Source: Asterionella formosa (lineage: Eukaryota). Taken from it: 32,804 nt of DNA. Shown here piece by piece: positions 1-10,430 of this stretch. How positions within the stretch are numbered: the first letter of the stretch is position 1; the number at the start of each line of letters is the position of its first letter. Made by a program: the position numbers and the translations under genes. The notes below the pieces were generated by a model that saw nothing but the letters and a program-made list of their open reading frames with translations, did no database searches and had not been told where the DNA came from. Where the stretch lies: assembly GCA_002256025.1 (NCBI GenBank), contig NKIB01000410.1:1-32804 (forward strand). The letters are read 5' to 3'.

Positions 1-274
1 CTTGCATTCTTGGCTTCCATGCCGATGTGTTGATTGGTTCTAATGACTTGAGTGCGCTTCCAATGTCGCTGCCATAATCAAACACTTTCTTGATATGATT
101 GATGAGGTACTCAGTAGTAGTCTCATAGTCAGATGCCTGCTTCGATGATCCGAGGTAGTAGTTATAGTCATTGACTGACTTCTTGATGGAGTGAGAAGCA
201 ATATTGCTCCCTCCCTTGGCTTGAAACTTGCCCTTGGCTTGAGCCTTCTTGGTAAACTTTCCTTTGCCACTCAT
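1..274 (-). CDS. Gag N-terminus of a Ty1/copia-like (diatom CoDi-type) LTR retrotransposon, running off the left edge
   Basis: Not in the ORF track because it has no stop in the window. ATG at 274 gives an open frame: MSGKGKFTKKAQAKG...KKSVNDYNYYLGSSKQASDYETTTEYLINHIKKVFDYGSDIGSALKSLEPINTSAWKPRMQ. This resembles diatom copia Gag N-termini as I recall them, and it lies just inside an LTR. Confidence 0.75.
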   Translation of the reverse strand, partial: MSGKGKFTKKAQAKGKFQAKGGSNIASHSIKKSVNDYNYYLGSSKQASDYETTTEYLINHIKKVFDYGSDIGSALKSLEPINTSAWKPRMQ

Positions 275-392
275 GATGCGCCCTGTGCGACTTCTTCAGA
301 CTCTGGATGGTCTGGTACCCTCAGATCTTGTCTCCGGACTCTCAATTGTCCGCTTGTTGTTGATTGTGGTATCACGGCTCTTCCTGGCCGGC

Positions 393-407
393 TAATTCTA
401 TTAAAAC
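393..407 (-). promoter_or_regulatory. Primer-binding-site position, self-complementary to LTR nt 530-544
   Basis: Minus-strand GTTTTAATAGAATTA directly abuts the LTR end. It lacks the TGG of a tRNA PBS and is the exact reverse complement of minus-strand 544-530. Confidence 0.65.
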
Positions 408-673
408 TGTTGAAATTGCGTCCCGAAGCACTCTATGCTTTCTTGTATCCTGTAAGGACACGTCAGGGACCAAATAGGCTGTAGATATAACAACGATGTC
501 TCCGTGATCGATTGTAATCGTTCCTAAGCGTTTTAATAGAATTATGGGTTTTTATTGTTGGCGTAGATTGTTTTCGAATTCTCTGGTACCATATTCTTTC
601 TTGATTCATTCGATTCAATATGTAGTAGGTAATTTATACCGGGATTTTCTTTCCTAAAATATTTTCTCCAACA
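408..673 (-). mobile_element. 5' LTR (266 bp) of the Copia-like retrotransposon
   Basis: On the minus strand it starts TGTTGGAG (673) and ends TTTCAACA (408), giving TGTTG...CAACA termini. It contains TATAAA-like (~633-638) and AATAAA (~551-556) signals and sits upstream of gag. The second LTR is outside the window. Confidence 0.75.
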
Positions 674-710
674 TCATCAACCAGAAAAACATTTCTGGAC
701 GTTGGGACTC

Positions 711-1361
711 ATGAGCTCAGTAAGTGGTAATAATGATGACATTGTGGTTTCACCCAAAACCTCCCTTCCTTTCAATTTTGGTCAAGCATCGACGCGTGAT
801 CAAATCATTTACACTTGTGAACGTCCTGGAGGAGATCTACCAAACGTAAGCAAGATCAAACCGGAACCTTGTAAGAACCATATTGAATTCTTAAGGGAGA
901 ATGGAATAGCAATCGTCTTGATTCTTTTGGATGATAACGAAATGGATCATGTGAGTTTGAATGCCTTACAGATATATCGCTGCTTGTTCCATTAATGTGC
1001 CATACATGCATGGTGCATGCATGCGTTCACTCACTTTTTGCTTTCGCAGTATGAAGAACCAGGTCTTCTCAAAATGTACGAGGAGGCTGGAATTAGGTGG
1101 CATCGTCAACCAATGGGAAACGAGAAGGCAGCCACTAACATTATGAAGCTTCTTCAGGACTGTAAGGAACAGGACGAGAAAGTTGTTGTGCACTGTACTC
1201 ATGGTATGGGTCGTTCGGGTCGAGTTGCTGCTGGGTGGCTGGTCACCTTTTATGGTTTATCTCCTGAAGCAGCCACTCAGGAAGTGATGGAATATGCAGA
1301 GAAACATGGCATTCAGCGATTGGGATCAGTCCGTCAGCTTGTGAATTGGTTGAAGGTGTGA
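711..1361 (+). CDS. Small dual-specificity/tyrosine (CX5R) phosphatase; exons 711-950 and 1050-1361, 183 aa
   Basis: Active-site VVVHCTHGMGRSG and an N-terminal RPG motif. The GTGAGT...CTCAC...CAG intron (951-1049) joins the two track ORFs in frame (MDH|YEEP). Confidence 0.88.
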
Positions 1362-1764
1362 CGACCAGCACAACTCTTCCATCAGGTAATTGTGCAACTA
1401 TACAGATCACATATATATCTTGTGATGAATATACTAGACGATATAGTCGACACTGAAAAGTTATGTAGTGAGTCATAGCCGTACCACTATGGCTTCAGCC
1501 AAGTTCAACTCTTTTGCTTGTTTTCCTAGTGGTGTGAATAAATACTTAGCCTTATTTCTCAAGGATTCCATTGTTCTGATGGCTTGTTGGATTTGCTAAA
1601 TGTTATCCACTTTCTTGACTTAGTCCGACATGTATCCACTCAAGAGCATTACCTTCTCCTTGGTGAGCTTGAGGTATGCCTTTGCCTTCTTGAAGTCGTT
1701 TTCTACGTAAATCGGTAATCACTTCCTTCCTTCCATCCAATAGCTCGTCCATTTCATATTTCAT

Positions 1765-2376
1765 TTATTTGCTGCTCGATGAAAAAGCCAATTTGAGAAA
1801 TTCGTTCAGGTCAGCAGAGGCAGTCTTTGATCCACCAACACATCCGCTTTCACTCTTTTTCTGAGCAGCTTGACCGATCGCAATTACATCGTTCTTCACC
1901 TTCTTGGCTGCTTCCTTGACTGCCTCGGGACTTTTGGATGCAACTTGATTCATGGTGATTGCCAAGGTTCCGAGTGGACCTGTTAATACACCTTGGATTT
2001 GCGACCACTTTTTCTGTTCGGCGAGTGACGGAATTAAAGCCAGTTTCGAGTTGGCTTCCATAAGATGTTTTAGGACAACCTCTAGGTCGTCACCTTGGTA
2101 AAGAAACTTTGACGGGTCAATGGACTTATTCTTCTCCTCCAAGAATTCAATATAATTTGGAAGCTCCAAGTTACTTGAATCGCCATACTTGGCAACGACA
2201 GGTTGCACAATTTGGGACCATCCCGAAGCAAGGATTGATGCCGCCACAAATGATCGTCGAGTCTGAGGAATCATGTCAACACGACTCTTCGTTCGCTGAC
2301 CGTTAAATGCATTGGATCGATTACAATGCAGTGCGATGAGGATCAAGACGACAGCGGAAATCTTTCTCATCATCAT
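1765..2376 (-). CDS. PsbQ-like thylakoid lumen protein
   Basis: Signal peptide with an ASAFAP-like cleavage (SNA-F), then a twin-arginine lumen signal (RRSFVAAS...PVVA). The helical mature domain contains KKWSQIQGVLTGPLGTL, as in PsbQ-like proteins. Confidence 0.65.
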   Translation of the reverse strand: MMMRKISAVVLILIALHCNRSNAFNGQRTKSRVDMIPQTRRSFVAASILASGWSQIVQPVVAKYGDSSNLELPNYIEFLEEKNKSIDPSKFLYQGDDLEVVLKHLMEANSKLALIPSLAEQKKWSQIQGVLTGPLGTLAITMNQVASKSPEAVKEAAKKVKNDVIAIGQAAQKKSESGCVGGSKTASADLNEFLKLAFSSSSK

Positions 2377-2460
2377 GCTGCCCTCTGTTTTGTTATTTGT
2401 TACATGTGTGAGATATGAGACTATTTGATAGTACCGGTACCCCGGTATACGTGAGGCCGG

Positions 2461-2475
2461 CTAGGGTTAGGGTTA
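2461..2475 (-). repeat. Short telomere-type repeat / telo-box-like motif upstream of the PsbQ-like gene
   Basis: CTAGGGTTAGGGTTA on plus, about 85-100 nt before the ATG at 2376. Confidence 0.35.
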
Positions 2476-2545
2476 TGAGGCAATCAATTTTGAGATGTAT
2501 TCCCTACTTTGAATTCCAGCTTCATGTTAATTCACTTATGGACGA

Positions 2546-4177
2546 CTACAACTTAGCCACAGTAGATACGGAATTCATAATGTATGGATAACAAACCGAC
2601 GTAAGAAAGTCGTCAAGCTCGTCCTTGGTCAACATTCTACCAACAAGATGACCAGCCAACCTCCACCTTCCCTTTGCTATTCCTTTGGTCTGTTTGCAAA
2701 CTTCATCTTGTACAATTAGCCAAATTCTCTCGGTTGAAATGACTAGCCCATCATCCTGAGTAGATAGGCCATGATGGACCCATTGCCAAATCTGAGCTCT
2801 ACTTATCTCAGCCGTGGCTGCATCCTCCATCGCATTGTGAAGCGGGATGCAGCCTATTCCACGAAGCCAAGCCTCTGTGTAGGCGAGCACAATTGCGACA
2901 CCACGCTCCAGTCCCGCGCAAGTAATCGACTGACCGTGGGGGATCTCAGGAAGCCTCAATAAATCTGCTTCTGTGACTTTGGAGCCATCACTGCCTGGTT
3001 TAGAGCCAATCTGGTTTGCAGTTTTCATGTGCCTGTCAAACACGTTTTTGGCAACAGAGACTAGTGCTGGATGAGCAACCCATGTACCATCATGTCCAGC
3101 CAACACTTCACGCAGCTTGTCTTGCTCGACACTCTTCATTGCAGCATCATTCTTTTGAGGGTCGTCCTTGACTGGTATGGCTGCCGACATTCCACCCATT
3201 GCAAAGGTCCCTCGCTTATGGCAAATGTAGATAAGGCGTTTCACATAAGCCTCCATCAACGGTGTCGTCATGGTCAAGAAGGAACGATCGGGGGCAATCA
3301 TATTCTTCTGAAGCTTGAACTTTTTGATAAACGAGAATAGGTAATCCCATCGACCACAGTTGAGACCGAGGGAATGATCTCGAAGCTCATAGAGAATCTC
3401 CTCCATTTCAAAGGCAGCAGTAATTGTCTCGAGAAGGACAGTGGCGCGGATGGTTCCAACCGGAACTCCCAGGTACTGTTGAGCAGCTACGAAAACACTG
3501 TTCCACAACCTAGCTTCTTCGTGACTCTCCAACTTTGGAACATAAAAATAAGGCCCACTGCCTTTGGCAAGAAGATTGTAAACGTTGTGAAAGAAATAAA
3601 GCCCAAAGTCAACCAAAGAGCCCGACGCGCTTCGGCCGTTGACAATAATATGACCTTCGTCCAAGTGCCATCCTCTTGGACGAACAAAGAGGACCGATGT
3701 AGTTTTGTTCGGAGTGTACACCTTGCCATTTTCTCGGTTGGTGAAAGTGATTGTACCGTTCACTGCGTCTCTGAGATTGAGTTGACCATCCATGAGATTG
3801 TTCCAAGTTGGACTTGTCGAATCTTCAAAGTCGGCCATGTAGACACTTGCTCCACTATTCAATCCGTTGATTACCATCTTGCGATCCACGGGACCCGTAA
3901 TCTCAACCCGTCGATCTTGGACATTGGCGGGAATCGGAGCGCACTTCCAGTCTGGGTCTTTGGCCGCAGGCGAGTCAGCGAGAAAGCTGGGAAGTTCCCC
4001 TGCATCGTACTCCACAGCTCGTGCCTTGCGTTTGTCCAGCAATAGACGACGAGTATCGTCAAACTTGGCGCAGAGAAAACCAACAAACTGGAGAGCCTCC
4101 GGAGTGAGAATTTCCTTGGCCGTCGCGTCGATTGTTGCCGCCACTTTCACGTGAACTTCAGGGGATCGAAACTCCAT
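2546..4177 (-). CDS. MLS1: Malate synthase A (glyoxylate cycle), intronless, 543 aa, PTS1 -AKL
   Basis: Motifs RRVEITGP, MADFEDS, VRPRGWHL, LNCGRWDYLFS, GHDGTWVAHP and MEDAATAEISRAQIWQW. The first ATG is at 4177 (MEFRSP), and the protein ends in AKL. Confidence 0.96.
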   Translation of the reverse strand: MEFRSPEVHVKVAATIDATAKEILTPEALQFVGFLCAKFDDTRRLLLDKRKARAVEYDAGELPSFLADSPAAKDPDWKCAPIPANVQDRRVEITGPVDRKMVINGLNSGASVYMADFEDSTSPTWNNLMDGQLNLRDAVNGTITFTNRENGKVYTPNKTTSVLFVRPRGWHLDEGHIIVNGRSASGSLVDFGLYFFHNVYNLLAKGSGPYFYVPKLESHEEARLWNSVFVAAQQYLGVPVGTIRATVLLETITAAFEMEEILYELRDHSLGLNCGRWDYLFSFIKKFKLQKNMIAPDRSFLTMTTPLMEAYVKRLIYICHKRGTFAMGGMSAAIPVKDDPQKNDAAMKSVEQDKLREVLAGHDGTWVAHPALVSVAKNVFDRHMKTANQIGSKPGSDGSKVTEADLLRLPEIPHGQSITCAGLERGVAIVLAYTEAWLRGIGCIPLHNAMEDAATAEISRAQIWQWVHHGLSTQDDGLVISTERIWLIVQDEVCKQTKGIAKGRWRLAGHLVGRMLTKDELDDFLTSVCYPYIMNSVSTVAKL

Positions 4178-4732
4178 GGTCTCTCGTCGTTGCAAAGGAT
4201 CCTTTTCGGTACTGCCGAATTGATAAGTGTATCCCCAACATACTATGTGGGAGCAAATGGATGATGTGAATCGTTCGCTCTTTGATGACAACCGTGATCA
4301 TTCCAGCATACCGGTACATATATTCATATGTGTGAACATACACTGGAAAGCAGCTCGTCGACAAAGTGGTGTCAACGCGACATCAGATCGGTTCATGTAC
4401 CGGAATGCTCGTATGATCTTAACAAACAAGTGAGCTCATTTACGTACATCGTGCCCTGGTACTCCTACCAGGTACCAGGTACCTGGTACTACATACTCGT
4501 TGTTATGACTCACAATCGACTGAATCGAACGAATCGACTTTGATGTACCAAGCTCTCATTAACCACACATTATTACTCCAACTATAATCAGCCAGATGAT
4601 ATAAGCAATTCAGAAGACCAATAGTTTGAGTTGAATGGTTAATGGTTGATCCTGAACTTAAAATATATATTGAAAGCACGTCTTGCAAGGGCTGGCATGC
4701 TTCCATTGAGGCTTGGCTTGTGCTCTTTACCC

Positions 4733-4832
4733 TTGCTGCTTGAGTTAAAAGTGAATAGGCATTTGCTGCTTGAGTTAAAAGTGAATAGGCATTTGGTGCT
4801 TAAGTTGAAAGTAAATAAGAGTTTGGTACTTA
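4733..4832. repeat. 30-bp tandem repeat (TTGCTGCTTGAGTTAAAAGTGAATAGGCAT), about 3 copies
   Basis: Two identical units plus one degenerate unit. Related ~30-bp units occur at 5569-5650. Confidence 0.8.
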
Positions 4833-5823
4833 TTGCATAGGTAACTTATTTCCAAAGTTACCTAAACCTAGGATTTCATGTTGACTACTTAGAATGCAGC
4901 AAGAAGCACAAACTCAATTATTCTCATCTTCGAATCATTTTTTATTGTGTACGTGTTTAAAATTTACTCTGAGTATGGTGCCTTGGTGGTGGAAACAATG
5001 ATATGATGATGACAATCACATGATCCATATATTCTAAACAGATAAATAGTGATTTATAAATCAAGCTTTTGGGGGGCCTGATCCTTTGTAGACAACGGAG
5101 CATTGTAGAACGGCGTATATGTACGAAAAAGACGCGTTTCAATGCAATGACGAGGCATCGAGATATCGTTTCTGTTATTGAGCGCACTTGTGGTGGGTTT
5201 CCGATTTTACTGTTTCTGCTATATCTAAACGAAATGTACTAGCTACAATTAAAATCGTGTACTATACGCTAGCGACTATTTGATTCTATCTGTTTGACTA
5301 GTGTACAATGACAAATGAGGGGGAAGATGGCATGATCATTATCGACAAATCGTCAGCGATATGTTGTAGTTGTTGCTGACATAATTACATTTTTCATTAA
5401 ATTTTTGTCGTCCTACATCACAGTTGATGATTGGCAGTCAACGTTTAGGTTTTCCTTACATAGAAAAATTTACTTCTGAACACCGTCCTCGCATTGTTAG
5501 CTCCCCTACATCCGGCAACCAGTGGGCTGAAAATACATCCCCTAACCCAAATGTAATCAGAAGTTCGTCTGCTGCTTAAGATTAAGTAAGATTGACGTTT
5601 GCTGCTTAAGTTTAAGCAAGATGACAGTTTCCCGCTTAAGTTAAAAGTTTTCTCGGTGGGAAGGCCGGCGTGCATCATGCATTTCACCACGCCGGCCCAT
5701 CCCAAATGACGTTAAAGTATATCGCCTTTAGTTTTTGCAGAAATTAATAAACGTGCTGTTATCAAATATTCGATGTGTACAAGCTCGTTTTCCGTATGTT
5801 CCACCGACCAGGTTTGATAGATA

Positions 5824-7743
5824 CTCCCTCTGGGCGAAAAAAATTGCGTTGATTTGCAGCGAATCAAGTGCCGGAAAGCATCAGCTTATTTTAGGACGGA
5901 TTACGTGGAAAACATACCATTTTTCTTCTCTCTTGAAAAATTCCCGTATTTGAGGAGTTACATATCTGGTACTCCAGTAGTAGACAGGAACATTACTCTG
6001 TTTCTGTAATCAAATTATTAGAATCTAAATAAATTACCGTAAAGCATGGGGTCCTGTATCCCCCCCCCCCTTATTCATGTACCGGTACATCTGGTGCAAC
6101 ACTCCCAAATAATTTATGTCTACTGAAAAATAACAGCATGTTATTGTATTCTATTTGTTAATATATTTATGTCTATTAACTATAATTGTATTATTACTGG
6201 TCACCATCAAGAAATGGCAATCAACAACAAGACGAGCAACGCCAATGACATTTGTGATGATAATATCCTTGGCCTAAGAGTTATTTCAAGAAGTTGCAAG
6301 CTTGCTGTGGTGCGATTATCAAGATGAATGCTACAGGCTGAGACATTGCTGGCCTTGATGTTGTCAGCATGCCGGAAGCGTTTATAGAATCACTTTTGTC
6401 TGCTGCCTGATGATGCAGAAATGTTTCGTGCATGTAATATTTTCTGGTCCAATAATCATATAAGTGATGTTGTTGGCTTTTATAAATATCCATCACGATC
6501 CAAATTGTAGAACCTACACAAATTAATACAGTTGTAGGACTACTAGGTACAAACGTGTACACACTCTAGAAATTACTATTGATGTCATCACGAAACTTGG
6601 GCGCACGAGTGCACCAAAACATGAAATTCTATTGATCATAGAAACCGTTTGAACCGACAACAACAAATCTTTTAATGTTGCTATTAACGTTTTAGACTAT
6701 GGAGAAAACGGTGGTGAAGTTGGTTTGCTCATAATGATTGGAGATCAAAAATTGGCCAATATCTTTTACCCCTCTATAAGTAAAATCAGTTTTGGCTTTG
6801 TACATTGAGGGATACAGGACGCCAGGTTTACAGTAATCGAAACCAGTTGTTGAACATATAGAGATATACAATATAGTCTATGCATGTAAATAAATTAAGA
6901 AATGACATTTGATAGACTCATGGAAAGCAAGGGTCTGCTGTCTGACAACAATTTAGGAAGTTTTTGATGATGTGGTGGTTGGAAGGGAGCTGGATGGACG
7001 AGAGATTCTTGGGTTAGGTGCATGCAAAAATGGGAGGACACGCAAGTTCCAACACTATTCATGTGGAAGTGTGATCACTTTTTTTTATGTATGCAGCTTG
7101 GACTGCCTCAATCAACCCATCCATATCATGGTTGGCCTCCTCCACTGAATCCCATTGGCCATTCTGGGCGGAGTGCCTGAAAAATTGAGAGCATTGATGT
7201 TCATGTTTGGTAAGTTTTCTGTTTGCCCTGTTAACTTTATATTCCTTCCATGCCATCCTCAGCCGATGATTCTACAAATATGCAATAATTGCTTCCAAAA
7301 TGGGCACTCATATTGTCATGTTGTATGTAAATAGTCTTGTTCTTCCCTTCATTGTTGAGCAGCCATTTATCCTGGATAGCTGGTAAAACATTAATAATAG
7401 TCATGTCTGCGTTTTTCTGCTTTGTAACTGACAAATCTGTTGCATTTGCTGTCAGCCGATCTTGAATATCATATACCAGTCAAGGTAAAAGTAACCCACT
7501 ATGCTGACAAGCGAAATTCAAGTAAATTCAATAGCCCTAAACCATGCACATGTATTGCTATTTTTTGTCATAGACTACTCTGCTAAATTTACTGATCTAA
7601 CCAATGTACCCATTACCTGCATCGCCTCACGTAGAAAATGCATATTGCTTCTACTGCAGCATTCTTAAAAGGCTGTGGAACGTGCCGGATTAGTCGCTGA
7701 GCGTGTTGCAACTGCCGGTATACATGAACGGACACGGAGGGAG
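5824..7743 (-). mobile_element. Degenerate DD39D (Stowaway-related) mariner element
   Basis: TA|CTCCCTCTG at 5822-5832 and ACGGAGGGAG|TA at 7734-7745 give Stowaway-type termini with a TA TSD. They enclose a transposase relic. That the two ends belong to one element is inferred. Confidence 0.55.
7070..7440 (-). pseudogene. Mariner DD39D transposase fragment, frameshifted
   Basis: SVTK...VLPAIQDKW...TIYIQHDNMSAH (cf. IQQDNARPH), followed in another frame by QWDSVEEANHDMDGLIEAVQAAY. Confidence 0.75.
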
Positions 7744-8346
7744 TACATTGTTGTACACTAGCTAGAGGTCTATAGGTATACCGGTAGCTGCATGCGGGAA
7801 GCAATGTGTAAATATTGCATGCCGCATCATTTTGTGTCCGTGATGGTACCTGGTACCAGGGTACGACGGTACATACCGGTAATAGAGTATGGTACCAGGT
7901 ACTCCGTACCCACTGGTATACTTTATGCAAAACAGAATGACCGGTAGGTAGCGATACATAGCTATAATACTGGGGAGTAGAGGACATACATAAAAAGGAT
8001 TCGCTCCGGTGGTACCTTGTATACTGGTACCCTGGTAGTAAGTATCTAGCATTGGACTTATTTCAGGCATATTTCATTGGATTCCGCAAAGTACACTACC
8101 ACTTAATGGTACACGCTCATACGCATGGGCGTCTCGTCAGGTTTCAATGTATTATTAGACGACGGTACCTGGTACCTAATACCTGGTCCCCCTGGTACCA
8201 GGTACCAGTGTCAATACACGCTTGTATTTGGTTTTACGTTTTTTGTATCGCATCATAATGCAAGGCCTGTCGACTCCAAAAGCAAAAAGTGCTCCAACAG
8301 AAAGTGAACATCATATCTGTGCTCTCTAACCGAATTTTCTAGTAAA

Positions 8347-9677
8347 ATGTCATCCGTTGTCAAAACTCCTGGTCCATTCTTACAATCTGTCAATGCAGTC
8401 CTTCATAAGGAGCCCTTTTCCTTCCTGATTCGTGGCATCGTATGGTTTATTTGGTTGTTCATCGGAGGGACACTGGCAGGTACTACGTTGCTTATTATAA
8501 CTGCCGTGCGACTCCTTTTGTGGCTGAGTGGATGGAGTACACTGGATATAGTCGTCTCGAAAAATAAAGCAGTTGTCATTACAGGCTGTGACTCTGGATT
8601 TGGCAAGGATTTGGCGTTTTGTTTGGCAGACCTGGGTTTTACTGTCTTTTGTGGGTGCCTAACAAAAGATAGCTTTCAACAATACAGAGGTACGATAATA
8701 ATTAATTCCATGTCTGTATTATTGACATATTTTCCTTTACTACACTAACATCATGTCTGTTCTTTAGAAACTCCAAACACATATCCTGTAATGATGGATG
8801 TGACCAAGCAAAATGAGGTATTGGCAGTTTCCAAATTGGTTGATAATTGGCTCAAGGAATCGTCGGAAAGAACGTTGCATGCGCTCGTGAACAATGCGGG
8901 AGTTGGCCATTGTGGTCTAATTGATTGGATTAGCGATGATCTAGCTGCATACAAAATCGACATGGAAGGTGAGTTCGGTTCGTTCCTTCACAGTTTACAT
9001 TCAATTTTAACTCTCACATTTTGAGTTAGTTAATTTTTATGGCATGGTACGAACCACCAAAGCTTTCTTACCCATACTTAAACGTCAAGTTGGAAGCTCC
9101 CATGACTCTAGAATTATTAATATGGTTAGTATGGCAGGTCTTATCGTTGGTCCCCAGAATTCACCTTATAACTGTTCAAAATTTGCTGCTGAAGCCTTCT
9201 CTAATTGCCTTCGATTGGAAATGAAACAAATTGGTATCCAGGTTGTGACCATCAACCCATCGTTTCATGAAACGCCATTGACACGCAGTATGAGTCGGGA
9301 AGCCTCTGGCGTTTGGGAGGCATTGCCAGCAGCTACAAAGGAAGAATATGGTGAAGGTAAGAGTATCCTGTATTCGAAGAAATGGTTCAGCCCATGAATG
9401 AATAAAAGCTCATACTTGTGTTTCAACAGAGTATTTCAAAGGCTTCCACCGCAATGGCGTAGACCTTCCACAAGCAGTCATGTGGGATGCCACCATTGTG
9501 CAGCAAGAGATGCGAGCAGCCGTCCTCAGAAAACATGCAGTACATCAGATGATTGTAGGAGGAGATGCAATATGCTTCTATATGTTGGTAAGGATGCTGC
9601 CACCATGGATCAGAGATCATCTCATTCCACCTCTTCTTGCAAAACCTTACTTTTGTGATAAGAAAAAGGTGGATTGA
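8347..9677 (+). CDS. Short-chain dehydrogenase/reductase, retinol dehydrogenase/BDH1-like; exons 8347-8689, 8768-8968, 9030-9356, 9430-9677
   Basis: N-terminal hydrophobic anchor, ITGCDSGFG, LVNNAG, EVNFYG restored across intron 2, and catalytic YNCSK. Three GT-AG introns preserve the frame. Confidence 0.9.
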
Positions 9678-10430
9678 TAATCACTATGAACAACTTTGCT
9701 GCCTCACATCATAAATTTTTTGGTAATTATTTTACTTGTTACTAAAATGCAATTTTTTGTGACAATGAAGTGAGATATTGTTACTCCAAATGACCTGGTG
9801 CAGTAATTGAGGAGCATCTTTTTTTCATTGCTGTCCATTATTTAATTCACACCTTGATGAATGAGTTGGCAGTTGTCTTATAAGTTGGGAGTGTACATTT
9901 TTCAAGGAAGGTCCAGGTTTTTGTTGGTTATCTTAGTCCTGGCTTTTTGATGTGTGTCACTGTCAAAATCCAGTATATTATATTATACATTTAACATGGA
10001 TGGTGTTACATGTACTATTTCAGCTATTCAGAGAATTCATGAATCCAGTCCATCACAATATGTAGATTTTTTGTTGTGTGGTTTGACATTCACTTCAGAG
10101 AAGGAGTGTTGCAAGTACAGCAATGACCTGCAGGAGTTGAGGAAGGTTTCCTGTTGCCATCATTTGATGGTACAATATAAGTTGATGCTTTTTATTGAAT
10201 GTATGAATAGGTAGCTGCCAATGAAATATGATGATACTTGTGAAACCATTTTTTATTTGGCAATTGTTCTATAAACACAATGTGATGTGCAAATTGGCAA
10301 GCAAAGTTTTCAATTGCTTTGGCTTGAAGTTCACCTTTGCCATTTCGCGGTACCCAGCAGTGAGCAGAGGTTTTTTTCAAAAATTTCAATAAAAACGACA
10401 TTGGTATATCATATAATATCGGTAAGCAAT

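Noticed and set aside
1485..1710. Decayed minus-strand coding-like stretch (VENDFKKAKAYLKLTKEK...)
   Set aside because: It contains in-frame stops and no recognisable motif.
4178..4291. N-terminal extension of malate synthase in the ORF track
   Set aside because: It starts at a non-ATG codon; the first ATG is at 4177.
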